A stretch of DNA of 64,000 nucleotides. Origin: Rhodosorus marinus CCMP1338 (Eukaryota > Plantae > Rhodophyta). This document shows, piece after piece, positions 22,188 to 33,635 of the stretch. Made by a program: the position numbers and the translations under genes. Numbering within the stretch: position 1 is the stretch's first letter; each line of letters starts with the position of its first letter. Below the pieces are notes generated by a model. The model did not search any database, was not told the origin of the DNA, and worked only from the letters and a program-made list of their open reading frames with translations. Location: assembly GCA_029953675.1 (NCBI GenBank), contig JAMWBK010000006.1:868001-932000 (forward strand), given 5' to 3'.

Positions 22188-23768
22188 TCTTTCGGAATAT
22201 CAATACTTACGTCAGAACAAAAAGCGCTACCTCGTCATTTCCGGGCATAACACCATCAACAAAACCAGAACAACTGCCTCTAAACAAAGCAAACTCCAGA
22301 AACCTATAAGATTCAACTTACTCCTTTCAAAAACCTTGCACACGTCGTACTACATATACTACGTACCCAAACAGGCCCTCTTCAGCGCAGAAGGAACCAA
22401 CCCAACACCTCCCCCCCACTTTCCCGAAAGTAACAGAACACTTGAGCACCTCAGGAGTACCAAAAAAAAAACCGCGTTTCCCCCTCCCCTCTCAACAGCC
22501 GACGCTAGTAGCGGGTAAGAAAAAACGAAATTCCTTCTTCTTAAGTAGCTTTGACTTCGCACCAAACAGGACAAAAGAAAGCTAAATAAAACCTTAACTG
22601 AAAGGAGCAACAACTCTGAGCGCTCACTGCCTGCGCCCGAGACCATTGCCCTGGACTGCCCATCCTCAAAAAGCTCACTGATAGAGCCCAGCAGACCATA
22701 AGCCACGCAAAACAGAAAAAAATAAAGTAAGAACCACTCTTTGAAGAGCCTATATAAAGAACAAAAAAATCTATATTAAGAAAATTATATGAACGTGGAC
22801 CCCGCTCAACGTGAAATATTTCAAAAACCACGTTTATCAGAGACTTCACAAGTGGCCAGCCTGTCCGCCGTCCTTAAATTAGATTGATCATTTACCAGAA
22901 TAGCGTGGACAACAGTCGATGAGGCCCAAGTGACACATCAAGAAAAGGAACTCCGTTTAACTGAGCAACGCTTCATGCTCACACTACCCGATGAATTACC
23001 CCTCCCAGCTTGAACGTGCGTTTTTGATGTAGATCATAAAACGCCTGGGGTATATACGGGTAAGATGATGGCCATTATTTTTTATTTTGTAATTTTTGCT
23101 ATGATTATTTGCTTTTTAAGCACGTGTGTGGTTAACCCTGAATACTCCGATTAAATAGAAGCGGCTAATCACAGAGAGTTTCTACCCCTAGTGGAAAACT
23201 CACCGGTGGACTTGCTTACGTAGCCCCAGATCGTATCCGTTTTTTTACACTTTTCCAGAAATTTTCCGGGATGTATTTCTAGAATATTTTTGAGGCGATA
23301 TTCTGTTCTATCGGATCTTTTTTTATTTATTTTTGGTCATATCACCGGTGGAATTTTAATGTTTTGGGGGGCGCATACGAAAATATTTTAGGAAATGCAG
23401 TTCTTCAACGTAATTGGTAAGGATATTCTACGTCGTACGAATGTACTAATCGTTGGAAAATAAAAACCCTAACGAATTGTCCGACGAAGATGACGTGCAG
23501 ACAACGAGCTTGAGGCGGCTCCAAGTTTTCGACATTGGGCCATGCAACAAACTCCTCGTTTTTTTTGTTACTATTTCTTTACTTAAATGTAAATAGAGTT
23601 TGTTATTCCGCCTCCTGGTGTGTGCCATTCCATTGTACGTAGCCGGACGGTACCAGGCCTGAGAAATCTCTGAATGCTCCACACCCGAGCGTAGCCGACC
23701 CCGCTCAAACAAAAACAAAAAGGGTTTGGGCCGCTTCAGGACTTTAGCGGTTCCCCGCAGCAAGTATA

Positions 23769-24943
23769 CTACTCCCTCGTTTCTGAGTAGGCGCCGATTC
23801 GTGAGGGACGAATTAGGAACTCTGCTATTTGGGACAAAACTGTACGCAGGCGATGGGATGACTGTGGTGGCATGGCCCTCATGAGCGCTTCTCCCCGACC
23901 GGCCAAGCTCCTGATGCTCTCGGCCGACCCAGCAGAGAGCGAAAATCCGCGAGGTAAAGGACCATTCTTAAAGATAAAGTTGAAACCAGCAATCGCCTTC
24001 CACAAGTCACGTCGGTCCATGTTCTTCCGTAACCTTCGAATGTTGAGGCCTCTCAGCCGTGCTGGGCTTCCGGAAACCAATGTGTGAGGGATTACATCTC
24101 GCTGCAAATAACTCAGACCTACGTATTCCATAGAGTACGGGTATCAGGTTTCCAGTCGCAGCAGTCGATCTATCATCAGTCTGTTCAGTTGCACCAATTG
24201 GCTGCGTACCTCCAACCATAGACTCAGTACCCACAGTTAAACGCTGGACCATTGTTGCGTGCCCCCCAACTGTGACGCCATCTTGCAACTCGCAGTGGCC
24301 AGCCAGGGAGCTCCTGTTTCCAATTACACACCCATCTCCAATAGTGCAATCATGGCCCACATAAACACCACTCATTACAAGAACATTGCTACCAACTTTC
24401 GTCACACCGCCACCCTGTACGGTTCCGCGCTCAACGATGGCGCCTTCCCGAAGAACCGAATTTTGCCCAATCTCTGTTCGAGTTAGTTCTCCTCGGTATT
24501 TCTTGTCCTAGACAATCGAAAAGCAGCATAACGCATGATTCGTTCATTAGTCTGGGGTTATTTGTGTTTCAATTTTTTGCCCTGGCAGTTCGTACCTGCG
24601 GTATGTTCCCTAGAATAGCGTTTTGATATACACTGCTCTCCGAACCAATCTTAGTTCCCTCATAAACGCAGCTTCCGCGACTCAAAACCACTCCGTTCCC
24701 TACCTCAACTCCTTCACCAACACTCACGTATCGGTCCACGAGAGTTCCATCGCCTACTCTCGCTTTTGGTCCAATCTCAGACAGAGCACCAACCGCGACC
24801 CCACTCCCAAGAACCGCAGTTACGGAGACCTCAGCGAGTTCGTGCAGCTGACTAGTCATCTGAGCTGGCAGCGACCCCGTCCACCTCGTTCCAGACCGCA
24901 GAAGCACGCCACGCATGGCTACACAACCACCTATCCCCATCAT
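23769..24943 (-). CDS. lpxA: UDP-N-acetylglucosamine O-acyltransferase (LpxA), organelle-targeted
   Basis: Exons 24943-24596, 24507-24210 and 24118-23769. Hexapeptide repeats, PQ/DKKYRGE, RGTVQGGGVT, GHDC, LAGH, DVIP...G.PARLRGLN. N-terminal extension; the exact start ATG is uncertain. Confidence 0.88.
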
Positions 24944-25487
24944 CCTTCAACGGCCTCCTCTCCCCCCCCTAAAAAAAAAACAAACAAAAAAACTAAAGCA
25001 TCCGGATGAATGCTCCAAAGCAAAGGCGGAGTCACGCCTTGCCCTCCATGCATACCACTACGCTTCTTGCGCTGTTGACCTACCACATCAACATAAGAGC
25101 CCAAGAGCACATGTCCGCGCCTGGGATGCAAACTTCCTCCCTCCCCAATACACACCTCTTAACTATCTCATGCAACTTTTTCTTATTGATTAGAGTACTG
25201 CCAACGGGTTTTTTTTCTCACAGTCATACCAAAATTTAACTAATTTCAATGCAAAAATCAATCAATATAAGTCGTTCTGGGACATCTGGGAGAATATTTC
25301 TAAAGTTTGGTGATTTAGTGTCAATATTTTACCTATCCTGTCCTTTTTCCTTATTTTACATCCGCGATAAGCTAGATATGATCCTTCGCACTAGAGGACC
25401 GAAGCTTCTGCTGACTGTGCGCAACGGAGGCGGTGAGGTAGGCCCAGCACATGACCCAATTGAAGATCGGCGTATATTTCAACGGTT

Positions 25488-26329
25488 TTGATACCCGTTG
25501 GCCCCGAATGGCCTCCAGTGGCAAGCCATATCGCTGATGCCAACCGGCTCGTCCCGGTTCTGATGCCCCAGTACTTGCCCCAGTTCAGTACCCCAGTTCT
25601 TACCCCAACACCTGATTTAAGGGTTTGGTTAGCGGTAAGCAGGGGGCGAGAAGCTTGTCGGGTTAGGCAATACGAGAAAAAAAGCTCTTGCTTCTCAAGA
25701 AGCAGGTACATATCTATAATGAATTTCAGCTCAGTGGATCATTTTTTTAAAAGAATGATGCTTTCATCTGGTTGGTGGTAGTAGGAGGAGAGAGGCTCGT
25801 CTGACGAGACGATATGAAAAGCTGCTCCTTCGCAAGATGCGGGTCCATCTCCAGAATGACTTCCAGCTCAATAGTTCATTCTCAGGTAAGACCTTCAATA
25901 TATTAGAGATGTATTAAAGTGTAGACCAATGGGGACTGATACCTCCCCTATGTGCTCGAAGGCGTCGAAATATGCCCTAAAATCCAATCTGGCCCTTTCA
26001 ATTTTTATCATTATCGAATTGGTGCAGATTCGCACGTGTTTGCGTTGTGTATAGCTATGAAGCCTCGTTCTTGCGCACATTCCCACCAGCTGCCCCTGCG
26101 AATGGCGAAAATGACTACCCACCACAACCGTCTCTACATACGACGTTGCGACAAACGAGCACTTCTATTGCACCGATATCGCAGAATGTACTATTCCATG
26201 ATAAAGTTTCCACATCCAGCCTATCCTGCGCCGCTCGAGTCCATCCTCCGAGATGAGTCCATTCACAACCCATTACACCCGAACATGAGCATAATCACAA
26301 AAGAACACAGAGACCACTATAAGTCTTGA
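25488..26329 (+). CDS. Possible hypothetical basic protein (3 exons)
   Basis: ORF 25488 frame, then intron 25706-~25783, exon to 25885, intron 25886-~25961, and ORF 25952..26329 all join in frame through GT-AG sites. No recognisable motif and the start is unclear. Confidence 0.3.
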
Positions 26330-26609
26330 CAGTCAATGATCTGTTCGTCCCTAGATAAGCACCACGGCCATAACGAAGACATTAAATCTTTCCAAGCCCT
26401 TCGATGTCTCTCTAACAAGGAAAGACAATTATTGCAAAACGAAAGCCATTGTCTTCTGAGGGCAATGGATTCCACCTTTCTGCCGTCGTTGTCTCCCTGC
26501 CTTTTGTCACTTTGATGATATTTGTGAGCCTTCGGGATGTCCAGCTGGCGAAGGGGTGTGATACCTTGGGGAAGGATTTGGTAATACAGATGCTTTTCAT
26601 CGTGTAAGC

Positions 26610-28483
26610 ATGGAATCAGGAGCTGAAGACTCTGTTATAGCGTATCTCCGAGGGAGATCCGAAGAAGGATGGATAGAATCCAGTACACTGGCGGAGGAGA
26701 TCGGGCTGGATCATCAGGTGCTAGTGGATTCGGCGCTGAAGGCGTTGACTGCTCGGGAAGCGATTTTAACGGAGACGATCACGCATTCGTCCTGGAAGCT
26801 GAGCGATGAGGGTCAGAACTACGCCGAGAATGGAACACCGGAAGCACAAGTTTTCGACGTACTGGCTTCCCCAATGACGCTGGATCAGTTGAAGGAGAAG
26901 CTTGGGAACGATTCGAGCATCGGCATGCAGCAGGCGATGAAGAAGAAATGGATAGTCTTGGATAAGGGAACTAAAACTCTGTCGAGGAAGGTGGATACAG
27001 CAGTAGATGAAGTGGCTGACATCCTTAAAAAGCTCGCCGTCGACAGCGCAGGGCAAGGTAAAGGTTTTCACCGTGATTGATTGATCAACATCAGCGCGTT
27101 TGAGCCTTCACTCACGACTTTGCGACCACCGACTGTTCTTGCCTCGTTCAAAGGGTTGGCGGAGAAAGACCTGAAGGTATTGAAAAGTAGGAAGCTTATC
27201 GTTCACAAGCCCTACAAGACATATAAGATCAAGAAATCAGACAAGTTCGACGATGCAACGACAAAGCAAGCGACTGAACTGACTCGGGAGTACGTCGATA
27301 ACAAAAAATTGCGATTTGAATTAATCACCACATCTGTAGCCTCCTAACGCTCTTTCCCCTCACCTTTGTTCTCGCAAAACAGAATGCTTGAGAGCGGAGA
27401 ATGGAAAGAACTGAGCTTCAAGAGCTACAACTTTGAAGCTCTAGGAAAAGCACCAGAAGGTGGATCACTTCACCCTCTCCTGAAAGTCAGAGAGCAGTTC
27501 AGATCGCTTTTCCTCGAGATGGGTTTCGAGGAGATGCCGACCAACAACTACGTCGAGAGCAGCTTTTGGAACTTCGATGCGCTCTTCCAGCCACAACAAC
27601 ATCCCGCAAGGGATGCGCATGATACTTTCTTCTTATCTGCACCTGAGTTGTCAAGAGTAGAGAATCAGGAGTACTGGAACAGAGTACAGAAGACCCACGA
27701 AGAAGGTATGCGTTGTTCCCCTTTCTTTGCGTCGCTCTCTGTCGCTTTCGAGCTCAAAAACTAGTCTGTGCTGTAAACCTGTCAAGGTGGTTACGGGTCT
27801 ATCGGATATCGCTACAAGTGGAGCGAGCAGGAGGCGAAGAAGAACGTCCTACGAACGCATACTACGGCAGTATCATCGCGGATGCTGGAGAAGTTGGGAA
27901 GTACCGGAGAGTTTCAACCGAAAAAGTACTTTTCAATCGATCGTGTGTTCAGAAACGAGACTCTGGATGCTACTCACCTGGCGGAGTTCCATCAGATCGA
28001 AGGAGTAATTGCGGACAGAAACCTGAGTCTCGGTCATCTCAAAGGAATCCTCCACCTCTTCTTCCAGAAGTAAGTTTGCCTCGCTGAGCAGTTCAGGAAT
28101 GAGGTCTCGTTCAAGCCGATGCAGACCCTCATAGGTTTTTCCGTTTGTCTTCTGTCTTGTCTTTCCCCTGTATCTCCAGGTTGGGAATGCCGAAGCTGAG
28201 GTTCAAGCCAGCTCATAATCCATATACTGAGCCATCCATGGAGATCTTCAGCTACCACGAAGGATTGAATAAGTGGGTAGAAGTGGGTAACTCTGGAATT
28301 TTCCGTCCGGAGATGCTCCAGCCTATGGGGTTGCCTGAAGATGTCACCGTTATTGCGTGGGGACTGTCCCTGGAGAGACCGACGATGATCCTCTACGGAA
28401 TCAGCAACATTCGCGAGCTGTTCGGACACAAGGTTGACTTGGAGAAAGTCAAAAGAAATCCGATCTGCAGACTCACTTTCTAG
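26610..28483 (+). CDS. FARSA: Phenylalanyl-tRNA synthetase alpha subunit (cytosolic type)
   Basis: Five exons. [86 protein letters not shown]. Confidence 0.97.
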
Positions 28484-28767
28484 GGCTCGGAGACAGGCCC
28501 GGACCTTGCCCCCTTCACTGGTTGTAAGAGTCCGCTTCTTTCTGTTCTGTGCTTTGGAGCCTCCCTTGAGTAGCCATTGCCATGCTCGGCTTCAGAAGCC
28601 CCACACTATAAGGGCATGTACTGACTCGCTTTTGTACAGCAGCTGATGCCACTGTATTTCAATAAAAGGACGTTACTATAAAAGGGGTTGGTGGGCGAGG
28701 CTGAGATCTCATGCTTTTCGGGGCGTTAGGACTGCACGGTGAAACTAGTAGAAGGACTAAGATCGCG

Positions 28768-30148
28768 ATGGGCTTCTCAGAGCCTTCAGGTCCGTTTCCA
28801 GTTGGCTGCCGAAGAACAGAGCTGGATTCTATACCAGTGAATGCGTTCTACCCGTGTGTTAATTCTGGTGAGTGCGTCCGGGCCAGTTGGTGGCCTCAGA
28901 ACACCAGCAGCGACTTCGCACATCCATATGCTGCGGGTCTGGCTGCTGGGTCGCAGCTTCCAGGATTAGCGCCAATAATCTCGAGTCTGTCCTGGGTTAG
29001 GACAAAGTGTTTCCTCGATGCTCCGATCGAAGCTTCAGCAACGCCGTAAGTGGACACAGCAGGGCGACTTTTGCCCAACATCGTGTGTCTGAGTAATTTG
29101 GTTTTCGTTGCCCGTGGATCCCCTTTGCTCGCAAGCAGGTGTCGCCCTGTGGTCTTTAGCCACGGCTTGTGCTCCACAAAGAGCTTTTATTCGGCGATCT
29201 GCTCCGAGATGGCCTCGCAAGGTCTGTTCGTCCTTGCCCTCGAACATTCGGATGGTACAGCGTGTGCTTGTATGCGCGAGGATCCTCAGCTTTCCATGAA
29301 GTAAGCGCCTGATTCGAGCTCGTTCGCAATGCGGATCGTGCAGTCGACATGATTGATAATCGACCGTATTCTGCAAACACGCGGAGCAGATTCCAGCCTG
29401 GTGCTGATGCAGGGCGAGATGCCCAGCTCGCAACTCGTGTCGCGGAGATGAGTAGAGCGCTCAGCGCATTGGAGAATGGATTTCCGGAAGCAACTTTTGA
29501 CATGGAGAATTCAGTGGCCGCAGGGCACTCCTTGGGAGCTACTGCCGCACTGGTCGCTGCAAGTGCAGACTCCCGTTTCAAAACGGCCATTTGTTTAGAC
29601 TGCTGGTCACCTGGACGAGTCGCTCCCAAGCTAAAACCGAACTTTAACATCCTGTTCATACGGTGAGCATCTCTCGAACGATCAGGAGGTGGTAGTGATC
29701 CGATTCACAATATCTCAAACAGGAATGCCTCTCGAGAATCTCCAGGATTGACAACCCTAGGGATCCTATGGTGCGAATCTGCCAGCGGAATAGTCAGAGT
29801 GGTCACCGATCGGCGGCTTTCGCAATTAATCGAAGTCGCGCTCAGCACAACCATCAAACTGACTTCTTCCTTCTCCTGCCCAAGTGGACTGTGAGAATGG
29901 TACGGGACGCTTCTCTATCATACCTAAAAGCGTCCGGCTCGCATCACGTTTATAAACTCTTCCAAGCCGCTCCGCGCTGTATTTTTCAGGCTCTTGGAAG
30001 GCAGGTGGACGATGCAGCTACTGTCCTAGCAGCAAACAACAGGCTCTGCATCTCCTTCCTTCTCGACGAATTGTCGTTTACAGCATCCGCGAGAGAGATC
30101 GTCGATAGCTCTCAGGGACTGCTTATGATGGAGTTTCCATCTTTCTAA
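28768..30148 (+). CDS. PAF-acetylhydrolase-like (isoform II family) alpha/beta hydrolase
   Basis: Four exons (28768-29045, 29139-29269, 29344-29663, 29761-30148). PSGPFPVG, VFSHGL, LEHSDGTA, AGHSLGA, CLDCW, QHNHQTDF. Confidence 0.85.
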
Positions 30149-30579
30149 AACTGCTTCCCCCAGGAATCATCTATTAAAACTGTGTACTTCAACAGCTGGG
30201 TTCCAGTGGCAAGTAGAGCTAAGTTAACTTCTTCAACGTTCTAAACGTCTTTTGGGACGATTTGTGGCCCCCCAACAAGGTCATTGAGAGTGTTCGGAGC
30301 TTTGCCGCACCTGTGTTTCAAAAAGTGAGCATCCTTTGGACGTCGTTGGTGCTCAATCCACAAAGCCTTCTCTTTCAGAGGGACTTTTGTCTTGGGCCTA
30401 TCTAGATTTGCCTTCGACATTGGACTGGGGACCGTTTCGGGCAACCGTTTTTATGACCGTTTGAGTTTCTGGAGAAGTCTGGTGTTCGTCATCGTCTTGC
30501 TGTCTGGGGAGTTTTGGGCGTGACGGAGAATGTTCATGTTTGGCCCGTAGAAGGTTGAACGTGATGCTCTTTCTTGCTT

Positions 30580-31550
30580 ATGATGTTGGCGGGTAGCATA
30601 GGAAGGAGGTGGTTGTCCACACGACCGGTGAAGGTCAACTTTCCGCGTGATGTGCTTGCGAGGTTGGTGCAGGAGACTGGGGCCACGATTCTGACATGCA
30701 GACTGGCGATGTATGACGCGAATGGAGACGTTGATCGGGCGAGGGAGATTCTGCGGTTTAGAGCGGATACGAAATACTTGTTCAGGCGCGTACAGCAGAA
30801 GCGCAGTGGCCTCGTTATAGCACTGCTCAGTCGCGATCAAAACTCGGCGGCTCTGTTGCAGCTAAGCAGCGAGACGAAGTTTGCATCACGATCGGCAGAC
30901 TTTCGAGACACCATCAGACGGATTGGCGATTTCATCTTGACTAGGGCGACACAGGAGGGCGCTGTCGATAAGAATTGGCTGAAAGGCATCTTCACAGATC
31001 AAGTCTCGCAGCTTGCAAAGACTCTGAACGAGTCTATCATGATAGATGGAGCTTACTTTCTGAAGGCAGAGTCCAAAGCTCAGGTCATATGCAAGAGCGT
31101 CCTGGGAACTGTGGAGTCGAGTATCGGTACCACAGGAGTGCTTCTGGTGCTACAGAGTAGCAAAGAGCTCGAAGGGGAAGAAATCCGCAGGTTCGCTCGG
31201 ATACATCACGCAAAGACACTTAACCTGCGAGGTACTAATCCAAGAAGAGTCTTCCACGCAGAGTCCGACATGCAGGAAGACTTATCGCTGCACAGATCGC
31301 TGAGGAAGAACCAGCAGAATGCCAGACCATGATCCAACAAAGCACGAAAGATGCGGGACTCCACTTGCAGAACGATGATGATGATGGAGGTAGCATCTTT
31401 TCGAAGAGTTTAACAGTACTCCCAAGATCCTACCTTGCAAATGAGACAATCGGGGGCCTGCTTCGCTCCCTCGGGAAGGACTGTAGCAACAGCTCAATAT
31501 CCATCAAAACCATACATCGACTTTCATCAATCAACGAGATGGAGAAATGA
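30580..31550 (+). CDS. TSFM: Divergent mitochondrial elongation factor Ts-like protein
   Basis: Presequence (RRWLS), UBA-like N-terminus (LVQETGATILTC...ANGDVDRAREILR), LQLSSETKFASR corresponding to NCETDFVAR. Intron ~31191-31261 leads to GRLIAAQIAEEEP. Confidence 0.7.
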
Positions 31551-32179
31551 ATAATTTTTAATTTCCAAAAATGTTTGAATAGACCAATTTGTAGCAACTT
31601 TTACAAACTAATTTTTACTTTTTACTTTTAGGAAATCTACCATTAATTTAGAAAACAGTAGTAGTTTTGGAGAATTATTTATCCTCTATTCAACAACAAA
31701 GTATCTATATATAGAACAAATATCTTTTATTAACGCCACATATCCCAAAAACATGACCCATTTTTTACCAGATTTTAATACGCATTTTACGGGTGTTTCT
31801 ATCGCCAGATGCAAATTTATTAAAATAATACGTAGATTGTAAGCCAAGAAATTGATATATAAGCTATAAGTGTATCGATATATTGATTTATATACGATCG
31901 GTAGCAACAGGTGCTGTTAGAGGAGCTCTCGCTTTTAACTGTCGATGGAGGGGTATTGATGATGATCGAAGTGGAGGATTGGAATGAGCAGGCTTTGGGG
32001 GTTATAGGTAGGAACTTGTTGGATGTGATCTGGAATACATAAGGAGGCGCATACGGACGATCTGAAGAACGGAAGACATAGAACGATCAGTTGGTTTTGT
32101 TCTGCGTAGGGCTTTGGGGTGAGGGGGGGTGGTGGTGGATTTCGGGGAGTGCTGTTTTTTGTTGTTTTTTTGATCAAGG

Positions 32180-33356
32180 ATGACGAGTATAGGAACTGGG
32201 GTAAGATTCTTGGAGATCAGACAGAGATCGATTGGTTTGTTTTGTGTTTTCTGGGTTTGACTGTTTCTACCCGGCTCTCGTTCTGATCTGATTGTTATGG
32301 TTTTTCTCACCGTGGTGTCTCTGGTTACCGTAGTATGACTTGTCGTCGTCGACCTTTTCTCCGGAAGGTCGTGTATTTCAAACAGAGTACGCGATGAAAT
32401 CCGTGGAAAATAGTGGGTATGGATCTATTGCTCAAGGCGCTTTCTTCAAACGGGATTTCCCAAGTGGCATTTTTTGGTCTTGGGATCTTTAACGTAGAGT
32501 CTTGTACGTTTGGCTTTGCTGCTAGGACTGCGGTGGGTGCGAGATGTTCTGATGGTGTCGTGATTGCGGTAGAAAAGGTGTACCACTCACGGATGATGAT
32601 GAAGGGATCGCTTAGAAGAGTACATTTTGTCGAGAAACACATAGGAGTCGGTATTGCGGGATTGCTTCCTGATGGTAGACAGGTGTGTACTTGACCTGAA
32701 TTCTATGATCTTCATCCATCAAGGTTTTCTGACGCTAGAATTGTCCTCTGCTAGATGGTCTCGAAGTGCCGAGAGGAGGCTACTCAATACCGCGAAGTAT
32801 ACGGGGAGCCAGTCCCCGGGCGAGTGCTTGTGGATCGTCTCGCTCGGTTCACTCATCTGTATACATTGTATTGGCACGTCCGATCATTTGGATGCTCTGC
32901 TCTTGTAGCAGCGTACGACGCCGAGGGGCCACAGCTGTACATGGTTGAGCCATCAGGAATGTTGATGCGGTATAACGCCTGCGCCACCGGTAAGGAATCT
33001 TCCAAGCTTTTAAATAGCGTTCAAGCTTGTACAAGTGCATGCCGAAGCTGACACTAGTCCTGGTTGTGCCCATACCATCATCAGGGAAAGCCAAGCAACA
33101 GGCGAAGACGGAGCTGGAAAAGTTGAAGCTCGGCGAACTCACCTGCAGGGAAGCTGTGACGGAGCTGGCGAAGACAATCGTTAACGTGCACGACAGTACA
33201 AAGGACAAGCTTTACGAACTAGAGATGTTGTGGGTATGCGAGGAGAGTGGGAGGACAGCCCAATTTGTTCCACAGGAACTAATCGATGAGGCAAGAAAGG
33301 CCGCGGAGGACGAGAAGGACAGAGAGGATGACGACGACGACATGGACGACGCGTAG
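32180..33356 (+). CDS. PSMA3: 20S proteasome subunit alpha type-3 (alpha7)
   Basis: [35 protein letters not shown], five exons, [27 protein letters not shown], acidic C-terminus. Confidence 0.96.
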
Positions 33357-33635
33357 ATATGCTGCTTTTCTTAATTGGCATTGGATGTTTGGTGGTTTCC
33401 TAGCTTGACACCGGTGAGGGGCGGAGGGAGGGCGGAGGGAGGGCGAAGCAGTTTCTTACTCGCAAGTCGTAGTAGTCAGTGCCAGGGAAACTAAAGACAC
33501 GTAATCTGTATGTAGCAAATCGGAAAGGTTTATGTACACAGTAGCGCGCTTTTTCAAAATCGAAAGCCAAGCTTTCCGCGCGGACTTAGTTGTCCGCGGT
33601 GGTTCCACTCATTCGCCAGAAGTAGGTCTCCTGTT

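Noticed and set aside
23204-23353. TCACCGGTGGA present twice
   Set aside because: Two copies of an 11-mer with no flanking similarity; insufficient to call an element.
25451-25615. In-frame TGA (PYR*CQP) as selenocysteine
   Set aside because: No selenoprotein family similarity, no redox motif context and no SECIS recognised.
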